Assembly (NCBI RefSeq): GCF_022045235.1
Contig: NW_027266286.1
Span: 46,376,001-46,440,000, forward strand
Source: Haliotis cracherodii
Taxonomy: Eukaryota
Reading direction: 5' to 3'
Length of the DNA: 64,000 nucleotides
Numbering within the stretch: position 1 is the stretch's first letter; each line of letters begins with the position of its first letter. The position numbers were made by a program, and so were the translations under genes. This document shows, piece after piece, positions 26,411-40,110 of this stretch. The notes below the pieces were generated by a model. The model had not been told where the DNA came from. It ran no database searches and saw only the letters and a list, made by a program, of their open reading frames with translations.

Positions 26411-27428
26411 TATCACTGCCATTTAGATAAGGTCATTTAAAGTGTCTCTTTCTCATCATTTTTTTCAGAGAAACTAGGTAAGTTTTGAATGAAAAGGAAT
26501 AATTTCCAGGAATATTCACGCTTGCAAGTAGTGTTTCCATCCCTGTGGATGCAGACAGGAAGGTACTATCAAATATGAACAAGTTATACTATCACAAACT
26601 ACATCATATCACTGAGTATATCAAGTACAGTTTGTAATAATTAAAGTCTATCTTAGAATTCATAGATCATGAACAAGAACAATCTGCAAATATATCGAAG
26701 TATATTTTCTATACCTGACAGGGGTGGTGGGGTAGCCTAATAGTTATAGCTTTTGCTCGTCACGCCTACATGGGTAGGATGTGTGAAGCCCATTTCTGGT
26801 GTCCCCTGTCGTACAGCCATACTCCCCTACTCTGTCATACTCTCTATCTATAAACCTTGAAACTTTGTTCAAGTTTTAGGAAGGTATTTATGAGTGAAAT
26901 ATAAAACATCCTATTGTCATTGCACAGTGTGATGCAGCTGAAGATAAGGTAAGGCTTCATGACACTAAACAGTGCATGCTCTTTGTTAAGACACAATGTA
27001 CTGTTACCCACTTTATATTATAACGTTCGCCTGTAAGATCGACCCGTGTCAACACTGGCTGCTCATCTGTGGAATTTCCGGGGTAGAATTTATCTCCAGA
27101 AACGTATGGGTGTCTTCCTAACTGGTAGTAGTTGTCAGGAGGTTCGACAACTTGAAACGACGTTGGTGATTGTTCATAATATCAACCGCCGATTAAAGAC
27201 TGCAGTAAAACATATTAAATGTTCAGAAAGAACAGTTCACAAGCACTCTGAGCTAACAACATCCCTATTATTCTGAATGTACTTAAGGCATGTGTGTCTT
27301 AAATGTTCCTCAGGTCATCTGTTATTTAATAAAGGTTTTCTTTTGGAAACATATACTCACTGCCATGTAGAGGTTTCCCTGCCAGGAACATTGTAGACAT
27401 ACCTAACTCTGGTAGGTATATATTTGGT

Positions 27429-27695
27429 CCCGTGATGATCCGGAGTAGAATAGATCTTCAGTAACCAATGCTTGTCGTAAAAAGCGACTAGGCTTGTCGT
27501 ACGAGGCGACTAAGAGGACCGGGTGGTCAGGCTCGCTGACGTGGTTGATGCATGTCATCGTATATCAAATGAGTCTTTTCGATGCTCATGATGTCAATCA
27601 CTGAAATGTCTGGTCCGGACTCGATTATTGACAGACGGCCATCATATAGCTGTAATTCTGCCGAATGCGGCGTTAAACAACAAACAAAGACAAAC
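27429..27695 (+). mobile_element. SINE-like family C copy
   Basis: Reverse complement homolog of 43473-43751. Confidence 0.78.
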
Positions 27696-28809
27696 GACAA
27701 TAGGTATAATTTTACGACTGGATCTATATAATTATAATATTAACACCTGTTGGCGTTTATACTTCAAACGAGTTACGGTTTTTGTTTCTATCCTGACGAA
27801 GAATAGTATAGTACATATATGTACTTGTAGGTGGCATACGTCATTGATACAGATGGATTGGCTCCATTTTCTTAAAACATCTCCTTATTCTTCTTGAATC
27901 TTATTAGCTTCAGTTGAATATATACGTATATTTAGATGTGCACACGTATGTCCAACAACGTAGCTTATTTATTGAATGCTGTTACATATCTTCCACATCG
28001 CCATGGCCTTTTGTCAGATGAATAATGCTTCAACAATAATGCTTTAAAATGTAGCATCATACATGTAAAAGCTATCCTAATCCATCCAATTTCCTAGTTT
28101 AAATTTCTGGCTCAATAAAACATTCATGCCTGCGTCACTTTCCAGGGCTGAGGTGCAAACTGTAATGCAGTTCATATTACAAGGGCAGATCTGTTTGTTT
28201 CGTGTTTCGCTTGAATTCGGAACTCGTGTCAACAGCATGCAACATTCATTGTTACTGATTTTCATCCTGGTCTAAATATACCCCTTCCCCCTCTATTCAG
28301 TTAGGCAACATTAACGTCACTCTATACAGATGTGTATATCTCTATCATTATTGTCTGATTATGTTGCCTTTTACGGAATCTATTTCGGCGGATAATCGAG
28401 GATAGTTATTCTCTGGTTTTGACGTTTTATATTTAAAGGGGTAATCCATGCGTACATGGAGAAGTAATTCGTATGACTACAGGGGCATGGATAAGCAGAC
28501 TGAAACAAGCCACGCTACACGTATACGATGGTCTATCCCCAACACGGGAATGCTATTCAATATAGTGGATTCAGCATTTGTTGTAGATGCGGTGGGATTT
28601 GCAACGATATGTCACGTGGTAAAACAATCACAGCTGCTAATAGCAGGTTAATACCCTTATGTCGTTCACACAGGCATGATCCTGATACTTTATTTTTGAT
28701 AGTGTTATGCTAATTATTGATTTATCAATGCGGTGTGGAAATCAAAATGGAAATGTCATCATCAATAAAACGCATCAATCAACACACCAAATACGTTGAA
28801 CTAAAGTGA

Positions 28810-29350
28810 CTATTGCTCATTTGCGGAGTCTATACATATTCTCAAATAAAGAAAAATGTAATTGACATCACTACTTGCAATAACTCTAACTGATATGTGC
28901 ACTGGTGCATTGTCCTTATTGAACAACACAAAGATTAACATGATCACATTGGTCATTAATAGTCTGGAGGTAGTCCACGAGTAGGAATATTTCACATTGA
29001 CAGCTGATGTAACAGGCCTTGCGTTCTATGACTGATAGTAGTGAACTCAAGACTTATCCATGGTTACAATTAAATTTCACAAATCAGCTGTCTCTTCTTC
29101 AAAATGACGTGAATTCTAACTCTATCATAAGAAATGCCCACTGGATAGGAATATGACACGGGATGAGTCGTCGATCATCTACAATCATATCACAAAAATA
29201 TGACATGTAAAAAAAGACTTCATGACCTTGGATCATCTTCATAGCTCTATCTTTCCTCTTGAAAACCGCGTCAGCCAATTTGGTCCATTTTCAACAACAG
29301 AAAATACTTAGCCTCTTTGACACCACCAGCAATCGGTTGCCTTGTTGTGT
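28810..29350 (-). mobile_element. Mariner-like relic
   Basis: LFNKDNAPVHIS (cf. LxHxDNAPxHxS); otherwise heavily decayed. Confidence 0.4.
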
Positions 29351-30681
29351 ATTAGATTGAAATGAGCTCTATAGTCATGTAAAGTATAATGTGCATGAAA
29401 ATGTAAAGAGTGTATTATCGGATTTCGATCAGAACGTTTCAGCCACTCCTCGTATTACAAAAGTCAGTGTAGAAGGTACAGTTAGTGTATGACACGGAGA
29501 ATCAAACGAATGATAAGCACGCGTGATGTATGTCGGCGATACTTCCACTGTGGCCAAGCAGGACATTACCATACGGACATGATACATTAATACTGATCAT
29601 GTTATGCTGATTGTTACTGCTGTAAGTTGTTACCAATGCTTAATGTGGACGAAGTTGAAATATAACTTGTCATAGTTCGATAAAACATATCAACTACACA
29701 CTAAAACCTTGAATTTACTATTGTTCTTTGGTGGAGTCTACATACTCTTGCACGAAGGCACACGATGTCCGGTACTACTTTGACCACGAAGCTTGAAGGT
29801 CATTAACCACGGCTGGTATGAAAGTATGAAAACGAGTACTTGAATTATTTCTTTGCCGTTGTTGATATGATGAAGTCGACCCCAAGGAAATGATGTATGT
29901 GAAAGGTACTATCCAAAGTGACAGATACAGTGAAGAATTAATACTGTACAATATACAATTTATTTTCTAATATGAACAAAAAGACATCCTGAAATAGTTG
30001 CCCCGTCGTCTGTTACAGATAGTATGTACTATTTGGAAGTAAAAGTATTAATTAAAGTACCCACACTTACATAAAGAAAAAATAAACTATACAAGCTCAG
30101 CAAAAACCGATTAATCAAGGTTGAATTTTACTGATATACACTAATCTATTTTACTCTATAAACAATATTGTTGTGCTTAATTGGTATTTACCTTGTATGT
30201 AATTACGGCTTGTAAACTGTATAAGAATTATCACAGTTGTATATCTGATGGTGGTCAACCAAATCTAATGGCTGTTAAAATACAAAGAAGGATTAAAGTG
30301 AATGTGAGTGAGCAGAATTGCAGCTAATCGTGCAGTGTCATCTTAAGAGAATAGCAATTATTACACGTTTCTCATGTTGGCACATCCCCAAAGCATGTGC
30401 TGACAAACCAATAACAATGAATTGATCAGGTCGAAACTGGGGCTTTAACACATGACAATGGATAGATACACAGCGAATTGTGGTGCCTTTAGACAGCTTG
30501 GCTACCCGTGTACAGCTTTAAACATATGAACCTTATATATTAATTTCCGACATACAAAAAAGTTATGTAAATAAGAAAAGCTTTTAGTGCCACAAATCCA
30601 TTGTCAAGTTCAAGGTAACAATTTACGTAGATGCCGCGTGAATCACAACACACAGAAACAAATTCCATTTTAGGAATATGC

Positions 30682-31222
30682 TCATTTGATTTGCCCCGCA
30701 ACAGAATGATCATAGTTGTCTTCCATTCCTGATGCAGTATCATACGGTGAACAAACAAAGTCATTGGTCACACTACGAAAATGGTCATAGTCGTCATCAT
30801 CAGTGTTCCTATCGGCCCTAGTCAGTTGTGCCACTGACTTTGATGCAGAGGCAGCTGTGTCGTAGTCATTCTGGTGTATCTGCGGGTTGGTTTTCTCGTG
30901 GAAAAGATTGTAACCATAATTGTCTTCTCCAATTGTTCCTCCTGTACGTGTAGATTGAGCCACCGAGGCTGTTGTGTCGTAGTCACTGGTTTGTGGGGAT
31001 TGTTTGTCCCCGATGTGATCATAATCACATTCGGTGGTAGAGGATGTTGAAAACTGTTCTGTATTTTGCTTCCCATAATCATAATTACTGTTCTGTGTCT
31101 TCAGATCCTGGATTTCATTGTATTTGTTCTGTGTGATTTTACCGGCCAAACTGCATGTCATATCAGGCTGTACATCCTGTGGAAATGATGCGGTCTTCTC
31201 CTTTACTTCACGTTTAGCCTGT
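30682..31222 (-). CDS. G3 long cytoplasmic exon (11 Tyr, repeated DYD motifs)
   Basis: QAKREVKEKTASFPQDVQPDMTCSLAGK...ECDYDHIGDKQSPQTSDYDTTAS...NYGYNLF...NDYDTAAS...DDYDHF...PYDTASGMEDNYDHSVAGQIK*; paralog of 57848-58469. Confidence 0.85.
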
Positions 31223-34200
31223 CTAAAATCAGTTTAGAGAAAACAGATAACTTAAACAGTAATGCATGTGGTATTATGAAGAACACATTTCAATATATTC
31301 GTAGTTTCTTTAACCAATAAAAAATCTTGACTTTTCAGTGATGGTGAAAATGTTTGTTCGCGTTGTGTACATAATTGCAAGATGCTTGGTAAGAGACTTT
31401 GCTAAGGGGGACACGTGTATATGTTTGTGTTTGGGCAACGGAAACTGACACAGTGTGTAAAGGAAATCCCTTTATGAGCTTTAAATAAATGTGTGAATGT
31501 GTTGCAGGACCTCTGATAAATGATGCACGTCTCTTATCTCGTGTCACCTCATAAAAGTTTAGCTTGTTCCTTCTATATGTCATAGCTATTACCATGAAGC
31601 GCAATGCACGTTTTTAGTTGTTGTTGATAGCTACAATGGGCCTAATTAATATGTCACTGTAACGATACATGAATTTGAATACACTTGAATACTTACCTCT
31701 TCCGTATAAGCGCCACTGACACCAATGTTACAACCAATACAGCTAAGACTGTGGCCACAACCCCACCAATAATTGCACCTGTATCATCTTCTGAAATCAA
31801 GCAAAGTTTATTCTCGGTACATGTAACATGAATATCAAATTTGGTGCTTATATATGACAATACACATTGTTAATAAGTAAATTAACTTTTCCCATACACC
31901 TTTTCTTTTCTGTTGCTAATGGGTTTATTCTTCAGTTGGCACATGAAATACGCCCCATGAAAAAACCCTACCGGGATCGGATGGCCAAGCCCTGTTGATA
32001 CATGTCATCATATGCCATTGGTTAGATTTATACTCATGATGTTAATCAAAGGTTTGTCCGGTCGAGCCTTGGTTATTTACCAACCGCTGACATATAGATG
32101 AAATATTGCGGCGTTAAACAAGAAACAAACATGAAATACAATTACGCCTATNNNNNNNNNNNNNNNNNNNNNNNNNNNNNNNNNNNNNNNNNNNNNNNNN
32201 NNNNNNNNNNNNNNNNNNNNNNNNNNNNNNNNNNNNNNNNNNNNNNNNNNNNNNNNNNNNNNNNNNNNNNNNNNNNNNNNNNNNNNNNNNNNNNNNNNNN
32301 NNNNNNNNNNNNNNNNNNNNNNNNNNNNNNNNNNNNNNNNNNNNNNNNNNNNNNNNNNNNNNNNNNNNNNNNNNNNNNNNNNNNNNNNNNNNNNNNNNNN
32401 NNTTTGGCTCAATTCCTTACCTCGGTTACAAAAGGTTCCCTAAATTGTTTGTAAACATGTACAATAAAACTGTAACAAGGTAAGTTAAACATTATTGCTC
32501 TTTAAGTTAGTTTTTGCTGTTTTTGCCAACACAATATACATGAATGTCATGCCTTAACTCGGTCGTCTAACCTCGTGTACGAGTATTTTTAATTGTTAGA
32601 ATTTGCTTTCTAAATGTGTTCTTAAACGTCCAATTTATGTCCCAAGAAAAGAATCCGGGTATTGTCTATTGCAAACAATAAAACGACTACGCAATAGGTT
32701 TAAATGGAATTAACAAGATGTTGTTTGTTGAAGAAAAAAGCTATATAAAAATATATTGAACTGTAGTTAATAATTTGTACTAATCCATAAATAGGTATCT
32801 TAATCGAATCCATAAACATATGGCGCATTAACACTGCATCCTACCTGCTGTGCGAGTGTCGTTCTCCCTTGTCACAGTTGAGACTATATTATTGGTTGTT
32901 GTTATTGCACTGGATTCTGCAATACAAGACAGGGCACTAAAACAATACAAGTGTATTTTGTGGAGGAAACATGATCGATTTTTGTTCCCATACTTGTACC
33001 TGTACGACCAGAGTCACCTTTTTTTATATTCAGATACACATGTTGACAATGTGACAATAGAACATTACAGAAGTGACCATGCAACAAGTGCATACAGAGA
33101 AATAAAATGTAAATGCGGATACATTTAGTGGTTGCCTACCTGTGTTTGTCACTGTATCAGTGTCACACTTCACATTGGAAGAGTCTGATGCTGCAATATG
33201 GCACACACATAATATAATACAGTTATGTTATCTTACTGCTTATTCATACAATAAAATAAACTACTGCTGATGACATTGTGTTGTGTGACTACACAATCAA
33301 AAGCATGCGAACAATCAGAAAATGATCAATTGAACAACTTTTTTGCGAAAGGGCCTGTGATTTCATACTCTACAATTGAACACACTGTAATACTTCTATA
33401 AATGCAATATCTCAGTTTGCCTCTAACATCACCTGTACTGACATAACTCATGATCATACATCGTGTGTCTCATTTTGTATTTTGTAAACATGATTTCACT
33501 ACTCATTCTCACTATTGATCAGAAGTCAAACTAATGTTGATGGCGGCCTTATAATATCTGAGAAGTATAGAGATATCGGGATCTCCGCTGTTACGTTGAG
33601 TCTCTCAAACGGTATGAACTGATTTAAACAATCATTTGTTGTGATGACATCCCCAGGTAGGACAGACAACTGTGATAAGCATTGCCCTGCAGTTCCTCGT
33701 CCTGACCGCGCGTCAAGAGTGAGTGAGTGAGTTTGGTTTAACGCCGCTTTTAACAGTATTCCAGTTATATCACGACGTGTCAGGTTAATGTGGGAGGAAA
33801 GACCGAAGTGATGCAGGTCTCAGACGGTTACCACTTCAGTGAAACCCACGAGCATGGGTATGGTGCTGACAAACCTAGAAACATAATCGGGGTGAACCGG
33901 GATTCGAACCCACAATCATAAGTTTCTGGCTTGCCTAAGGGACGCAACTCTGCACAGCGAATCGTGGTGCCTTAGACGACCGGGCCACCCGTGAAATTCT
34001 ATAGTATGCTTGTAGTTGCGCACAGCCATGGATCTATGACCAGCCGCTTCACATATAAGCCTACCCACTGCATGATGAAGACAGCAAGCAGCAAACGCAT
34101 GCAGTGGTTAGTGCGGTATCCAGTCAAGCCAGCTGTTTTACACATTCTAACTAAGTCGCAAGCTTATGTTGCCCCGAACGTTTTTCACAATTCATTCTCC

Positions 34201-36661
34201 CTAGAAGGTTTATCTAACGGTCGGAAATGAAACGCAGCTGTTAGAGTTGATGATGGACACAGCAGGAAACAGTTCCACAACACATCTGTAAGGGTTTTCA
34301 AAACTTTCGTAGGCAACACTATCTGCTGTGCTTGTTTACTCCACTGTCAGTTAAAGATGCTTGTTCATTGTCCATTAGATACCTTCCATCTCCGAGTTAA
34401 CAGATCTGAAGCTGGTCCCCTGTTATGCGGATATTCTCCTCTGTCTAATAGTTTCAGCAACTGCTTTTTCTTATCAACTTTCCAAAAACTGGTTGCATGA
34501 GTATAATGTCACGAATTAATTGACTGTTTTGAATGTGATAAAATCTCTGTTTGTTTATTCTTTTGTTTGTTCTTTTAGAAGTAGAGATGTAAAAGGTACA
34601 GTGAGCATCATGCCAACGTTTTCAGTGGGTAGCCTTGCTCTGAATTATCGCAGTTTGCTATTAAACTTGCACAAGAAATGCTTAAAAACATTAGAAAGGC
34701 TCGTTTATGCCTCGTATGTCTTAATACAAACATCCTATAATATAAGTTATCAGTTAACATATACCACATCTTTGCACAACCCCAAACACAGGACACGCCA
34801 TTCTCACAAAAGAGGCGCCATTTTGTCGTAGACATGGTACGACCAAGCTGGAGACCCCGCAATATGTCTGCACACCGCTTAACTGTCAATAACTGACTTG
34901 TAATTCGCATAATTATTGACATGCCACCATGATATACCCGACGTTGTGTTTGACAGCAGCTATGTTGTCCTCCGTCGAGTCGTGTCACACGAGGGCACAT
35001 AAAGGAGAGCGGATAATTCATTATTCAGTGGAGGTGAAATAGTGAATAGGTAGTTGCATATATTGGACAAAAAGGCAGTTTCATGGGGAACGGAAATAGA
35101 CGAAGAAACTGGTGTGGACAACTTCTAAATTGAATTAAGTTCTATTCTAATTAAGTCGATACAAACTAGAAAATATCGATGCCTGAGGGAAAAGCAGAAG
35201 ATCAACAGCGTTTCTTATGTGTTATGTATCACGACCAATCAGTTATTTTGAAACCAACCCTCACTTACTGTCAATACACGGATATTTCACAACAGAGAAT
35301 GGAAGAGGTGGACAACGCCGGATAGCACGAAACACACACCCAGTCTGTGGAGAACAGTTGTTGTGAAGTAACTCATCCAGCAACATATATTATCACAGGA
35401 ATAGTATCAGAGATCAATTATTATTATTCTACCAATAAACACTTACTTTCAATGCACTGATATTTCACAACAGAGAATGTAAGAGCTGCACTGCGCCGGG
35501 GGGCAAGATACGAACACCGAGTCTCTTTTGAACAGTTGTTGTTGAGGGAGGCCAGCTCGGTGTCGTTGAACCTGTGATGTCCATGTTCTGTCACACTGTC
35601 CGGGTTCACTTTGCAAGTAACCAAACCTTGTCTACACTCTGTATTGTTAGTGTAGTAGGCGTCACAGATGGCGATCTTCTGGTTGATGTTGCAAATGATG
35701 TCATGTCGTACACATAGAGGGCCAGGAGATCCATAGCATGCTTTACTGGTACGTGTTGAGGCTGCATAAACGACAGGTCACAAAATGCATGTATGAACAT
35801 TTACGATGCTTTGAAAGTAGTTTGCATCTAGTATTTCTAGTATATTCTATTGTATCGCTATCCATTACGCAACGTTATCGTATACATACTAACTCATTGT
35901 TTGGACATTCCATAAATGTGGTAGTAATGTTAGAGAAATTGTAAAAATTGAGGATCGTGTGCGGATCTAAGATATAGGTTACAACACAAATGTTTGTTAT
36001 CGTGTTCTGCAGTACAATTGCGAATACTCCGCGAATAATTTGGATATAATTTGCGAATAACTCGGGAATAATCCTTAGATATCCGCGGATTTTTTCGAAA
36101 ACTATTTCATTGTTTTATGGTACTAATTTGGAGCTTTATAGGATTATCACGCCGTCAACGAGTGGCGGGCCATGGCAATACTCTCCATATATTTACACTA
36201 TATACTGCTATTCTGTGACTTTAGTGCAGGTACATGTATTATTAGGTTTGATAAATACATGTAAACACCAGTTTGTAATATAGTCCTGCTTTGATAATGC
36301 TGTCATGAAATGTTCTTTTGGACATGATGAATATTTAATTATGGTCGAGTTGCAAGTCTTCTCGCCCCCGGCTTTTTGTGTAAAACAAAACACGCGCATA
36401 ATTATAAAACCCAATGTACCCAACGTGATAATGCTACAAATCATAACTTTGACACTGGTTTTATCACAGTTAATGTGTGTACATGTACATTTACTTTGTT
36501 AAAAAAACACATACACTGTTAATGTATGGAGGGACGACCTGCATTACATGTTCTCCTACAAAACTGTAGATTTTCTACTGGACTATTTATATCACGACCC
36601 AGAAACAAAAGACAGCATGGCAAACAGTTTCTACAGAATATTTAGAATGATCACAATGTGC

Positions 36662-36725
<64 letters not shown>

Positions 36726-37442
36726 TTAGTACTTCAACTTCTAAAAGTCTATCAAAGAACTACATCGGAAGAGTAACACACTCGTTTTGTATGAGAGATA
36801 GTATCAAACTATAATTCATCGTAGTTTCTGTGAATTTATTGCAGGAATATGTATTGTATTGAAAGTCTTCATGCTCTTTTTGCCTAGTGATATTACAACT
36901 TTTACAATGGACTGCAAGGTCATCCAGTTTGCCATACATGAGTTTTGTTATTCACACAAACAATATCGTTCATGTGGATAAATTAGTATAGGGTTCATCA
37001 GGGCATTTTGAGATCGGGCTTATCCGCCTCGTATTACAGATTGTTGTCCCGTCCTTATTCTCACTCAACGCAATGTAGTTTTAGGCTATTTCACAATCCG
37101 ACATTTAGTACACACACGATAAGGTGAGAACTTACTCTTAACACTAACTCTTTTCCAGTTCCCTGTACACGTTCTGAATTTGATACATCAAATAAACCTT
37201 TCCTATACACGTATATGGCTTACCTGTGACAAAAATGCATAAACTCCATGTTGAATATCGATATATCCTCAAGTTTACTGTCAGTGTGTATACAAGGAAC
37301 AATATCATTTTTCTATATTTCATTTGCTCACCAACTATTAATTCCCCATCTCCATATAAATGTAAGTCTTACCTGTACAAACTGGCTTAAGAATGTAGCA
37401 GAGAATGGTGATACATTGCCAAACGATCACAGACGTCGTCAT
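30682..37442 (-). CDS. G3: SUEL-like receptor with long multi-tyrosine tail; CUB-like exon destroyed (exon-skipping form of ~380 aa, or pseudogene)
   Basis: Exons 37442-37373 (MTTSVIVWQCITILCYILKPVCTG), 35761-35447 (SUEL-like, open), [33718-33513 broken CUB-like], 33190-33140 (ASDSSNVKCDTDTVTNT), 32916-32845 (ESSAITTTNNIVSTVTRENDTRTA), 31790-31697 (TM DDTGAIIGGVVATVLAVLVVTLVSVALIRKR) and 31222-30682 (tail). Total is 1143 nt in frame without the CUB exon. The gap at 32152-32402 could hide a mini-exon. Confidence 0.75.
32152..32402. other. Assembly gap inside G3
   Basis: Run of N. Confidence 1.
33513..33718 (-). pseudogene. G3 CUB-like exon, 3' half only, with in-frame stop
   Basis: LDARSGRGTAGQCLSQLSVLPGDVITTNDCLNQFIPFERLNVTAEIPISLYFSDIIRPPSTLV*LLIN. 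The conserved Trp is TGA, and the 5' half is replaced by a SINE and Crypton-like sequence. Confidence 0.85.
33719..33990 (-). mobile_element. SINE family B copy truncating the G3 CUB-like exon
   Basis: Reverse complement of 12263-12551; no TSD, joins exon to Crypton relic. Confidence 0.85.
33991..34500 (-). mobile_element. Crypton-like (DUF3504-type) tyrosine recombinase relic
   Basis: RMCKTAGLTGYRTNHCMR and ICEAAGHRSMAVRNYKH, the catalytic HxxR and H...Y motifs, in broken frames. Confidence 0.7.
35263..35366 (-). pseudogene. 3' remnant of an older SUEL-like exon (G3)
   Basis: HNNCSPQTGCVFRAIRRCPPLPFSVVKYPCID|gtaagt, about 80 nt downstream of the intact exon. Confidence 0.8.
35447..35761 (-). 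CDS. G3 SUEL-like exon
   Basis: ASTRTSKACYGSPGPLCVRHDIICNINQKIAICDAYYTNNTECRQGLVTCKVNPDSV...NNNCSKETRCSYLAPRRSAALTFSVVKYQCIE; 315 nt. Confidence 0.85.
36664..36722 (+). repeat. (GA)n microsatellite
   Basis: Direct observation. Confidence 0.95.
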
Positions 37443-37939
37443 AATGTTCATTGCTCAACTCGACATGATGAGCTCATCTGTAAAATATACAATATGGGAG
37501 AGGGTTACTTTCTCACAAATAACTTACTTCCTGGTTTAACACCGTCTGTATATGTAGGTCATGCAATACAGGTAAAACACAAAGTGAATGCAGTCATTAC
37601 GCCATCTTGAGGGAGATAGTCTGGTGATACACTGCGCAATGAGAATAGTCCTACCTGACAACCCCACCCGTGACTTGCCAAGTTGTGAGATTAGATCACA
37701 TAAAACTACGAAATGCCATGACCCGCACGTGAAGTTAAACAGGCCACTGTGTTTGTGTTTGTAACCATGATATGACAGTAATTGATATGTATCACACTGA
37801 TCTAAACGGAGAGGGGCCGCCGTGTAAAGTGTCTCGGGTCTGGGGTCTCCCAGTTACAATACAAACGTCCCGATGTAACTGAGAGTTCGTATCTGGACAA
37901 CGTACATGTAAGTGACCCTGTTAGTGGGATAATATATAG

Positions 37940-38820
37940 AGAATACTACACTCACTCTCGCTAGATACCATTTTTAAGAAACGAGTTGACATTCTATTGT
38001 AACTGACCGAGCGAAAGTTCACGAGTTACCTAAAAATGGTATCTGACGAGAATGAGTGTGGGTATGTTATTTATTACCCGCGTTAAATACATATTTAAGT
38101 GTAAATACATAACAACTTCCGTTCGTTGACAAACCAAAATGATATCGAAAATCTGCTTGCGCGTGAATATTGACATATGCCAAAATATGGGCAATGTTGA
38201 CATTTCTATACATAGGCATCAACAACATGCTCTTACTATTGTGTTTGCAAACATAACAGCACCGACGCTCAGGATTCATTTTGAAGAATTTACTAAACTT
38301 ATGGTAGTTAAGCGCATTGTTGTTAGCACGCAGGACACCTATAATTGTTTTTTGAAAGTCACATTAGCGCCGCGCTTTGAATCTCTGACCAACAGTCGGT
38401 CACTCGCACTTCATTTCATCACGCTTTAACCTTTTACATTATATGTGTCACGATCATTGGGACCCTCGATAGAAATTGCAGATATGGATATGGCTCGTTT
38501 GTATAATGTCTAGAGTAGCTCTATGCATAACTTTTATAGAATGCAAAGCGGATATAATGCCTGCGACGATCTTGTTTGGTTTAATAAATTGTGTGTAAAT
38601 GGCTCTCGTTTTCGTGAGATTCCTTCAGTTCTGCCTTGTAGTTGTAAAAGTGAATGATGTCTCGCGATTTTCGTTGAATGAAAAAAGTAGTCCTGTGTGA
38701 TTGAGGTCACGGTTATCCAATCAAAACAAATAAAACGAGGTCAGCCTTGTACGACACACGTGTGACATACGGATTTAGTATCGTACCACCTGTATCTACA
38801 CCAGGTGAGTAATAAATGTA
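37940..38820. mobile_element. Hairpin-ended insertion in G3 intron 1
   Basis: Absent from the colinear G4 intron (~55540); begins with an imperfect hairpin at 37943-38065. Confidence 0.6.
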
Positions 38821-39436
38821 CATACATGATAACCTTGTGCTACGACTTCACGTTAACTAACACAGTCAAATGTATTATGTAATCATCCGCCTTTGTTTCC
38901 TTTTCAATGTCGTTACATTTACTGAAACACCTTGGACCAAACTTTCATGTATGTTGCGAAACATACGTTGATGAGCGTTGCAATCGGACTAGATGAAGAA
39001 AAAGATGAATATACAATGTCATTAATTTTCCTGTAGCCGACTGACTGGTATTCTACAATTTAACGTGGTCATGAGTGGGTAATTCATTAAACATCGAGCA
39101 GCAATAAATTTGACAGGCGGTATCAAGATGTACATGTATTTGACAATCCTTAATTCTGAATATTGAACAGAAGCTATTTCCCCACGACAGTGATTTGTAC
39201 ATGTATCCCACGAGTAATTAACCCCATATCACGATACACTGTTCTCTCAAGCAAATATTAAAACGTGACTTATCTGTTCATACCAAGCACAGTAGCTTGT
39301 GGGTCACACATCAACGTGCACCTATGCTTAACTTCGCCTGATTTGTGACGTTTGTGTTGTACATAGGACCACGTTACACAACAAGGACGTACACAAGCTA
39401 TGTTTGATCTAAAACAAATTCAATTCAAGACCTTAC

Positions 39437-39620
39437 CTGTATGAACTGCATTCCGGTTGTCAACAAGGAAGTAACACTGGCGCGTTCGTTTAGGTCAGCT
39501 TGAACTCATACCTCGTGTAACATTGTCACCTGATTTTTCATTCCGTTCGACTGCACACAACAGGCCAGGACGTGGTTCTTTCTTACTGCCTCTGTAACCA
39601 CATTGCATATACATGTTGGT
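39437..39620 (-). promoter_or_regulatory. Putative promoter / non-coding first exon of G3 (copies at ~56167-56310 for G4 and ~5130-5300 for G1)
   Basis: Conserved block ending in a gtaagg donor in G3 and G4. It contains AGGAAGT (Ets-like) and, in G1 and G3, AGGTCAgctTGAACT. TSS unknown. Confidence 0.45.
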
Positions 39621-39713
39621 GATGTTCTAGTTTAGTAACACAGCGGTCACATGACTCACAGAGCTTTGAAATGACTGATACATTGAATCGAAATATGATG
39701 CCATGTATGTAGG

Positions 39714-39782
39714 TGAGGCGGTGAGGTGAAATGGGGTTTAACGTCGCGTCCAAGATCATTGCACCTATATAGCGACATGCAT

Positions 39783-39830
<48 letters not shown>

Positions 39831-40110
39831 ATGTGTGTGTGTGTGTGTGTGGATGCTTGTACTAGTCAAGACTGATGCCGATTTATAGTGCCAGCCCACT
39901 GAGATACCATGCAGCAGTTTACCATGAATACCCCACTCTGACACAATATACTGACTCCGAGCCGACCAGTCCATGTTTTAGCCCTTAATGCCGAGCGCCA
40001 GACAGGGTACCAACAAATACCATCTTTTAACGTCTTTTGGTAGGACACGGCCGGGGATCGAACCCCGGACCTCCCGCACTCCGAGCGGACTAGACCACGG
40101 AGGCGGTCTT
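39714..40110 (-). mobile_element. tRNA-derived SINE family D with internal (CA)n, inserted upstream of G3
   Basis: ggttcgatcccc B box; core aaaagatggtatttg...ctggcgctcggcattaaggg; TSD tatgtagg at 39706-39713 and 40111-40118; empty site in the G4 paralogous region near 56390. Confidence 0.82.

Noticed and set aside
34005-34015. tatgcttgtag as the continuation of the G3 CUB exon after the SINE
   Set aside because: It reads as NYKH of the Crypton recombinase motif, and no further exon similarity follows.
36548-36814. ORFs with RERERE or HTHTHT runs (also 39765-39974)
   Set aside because: Translated microsatellites.
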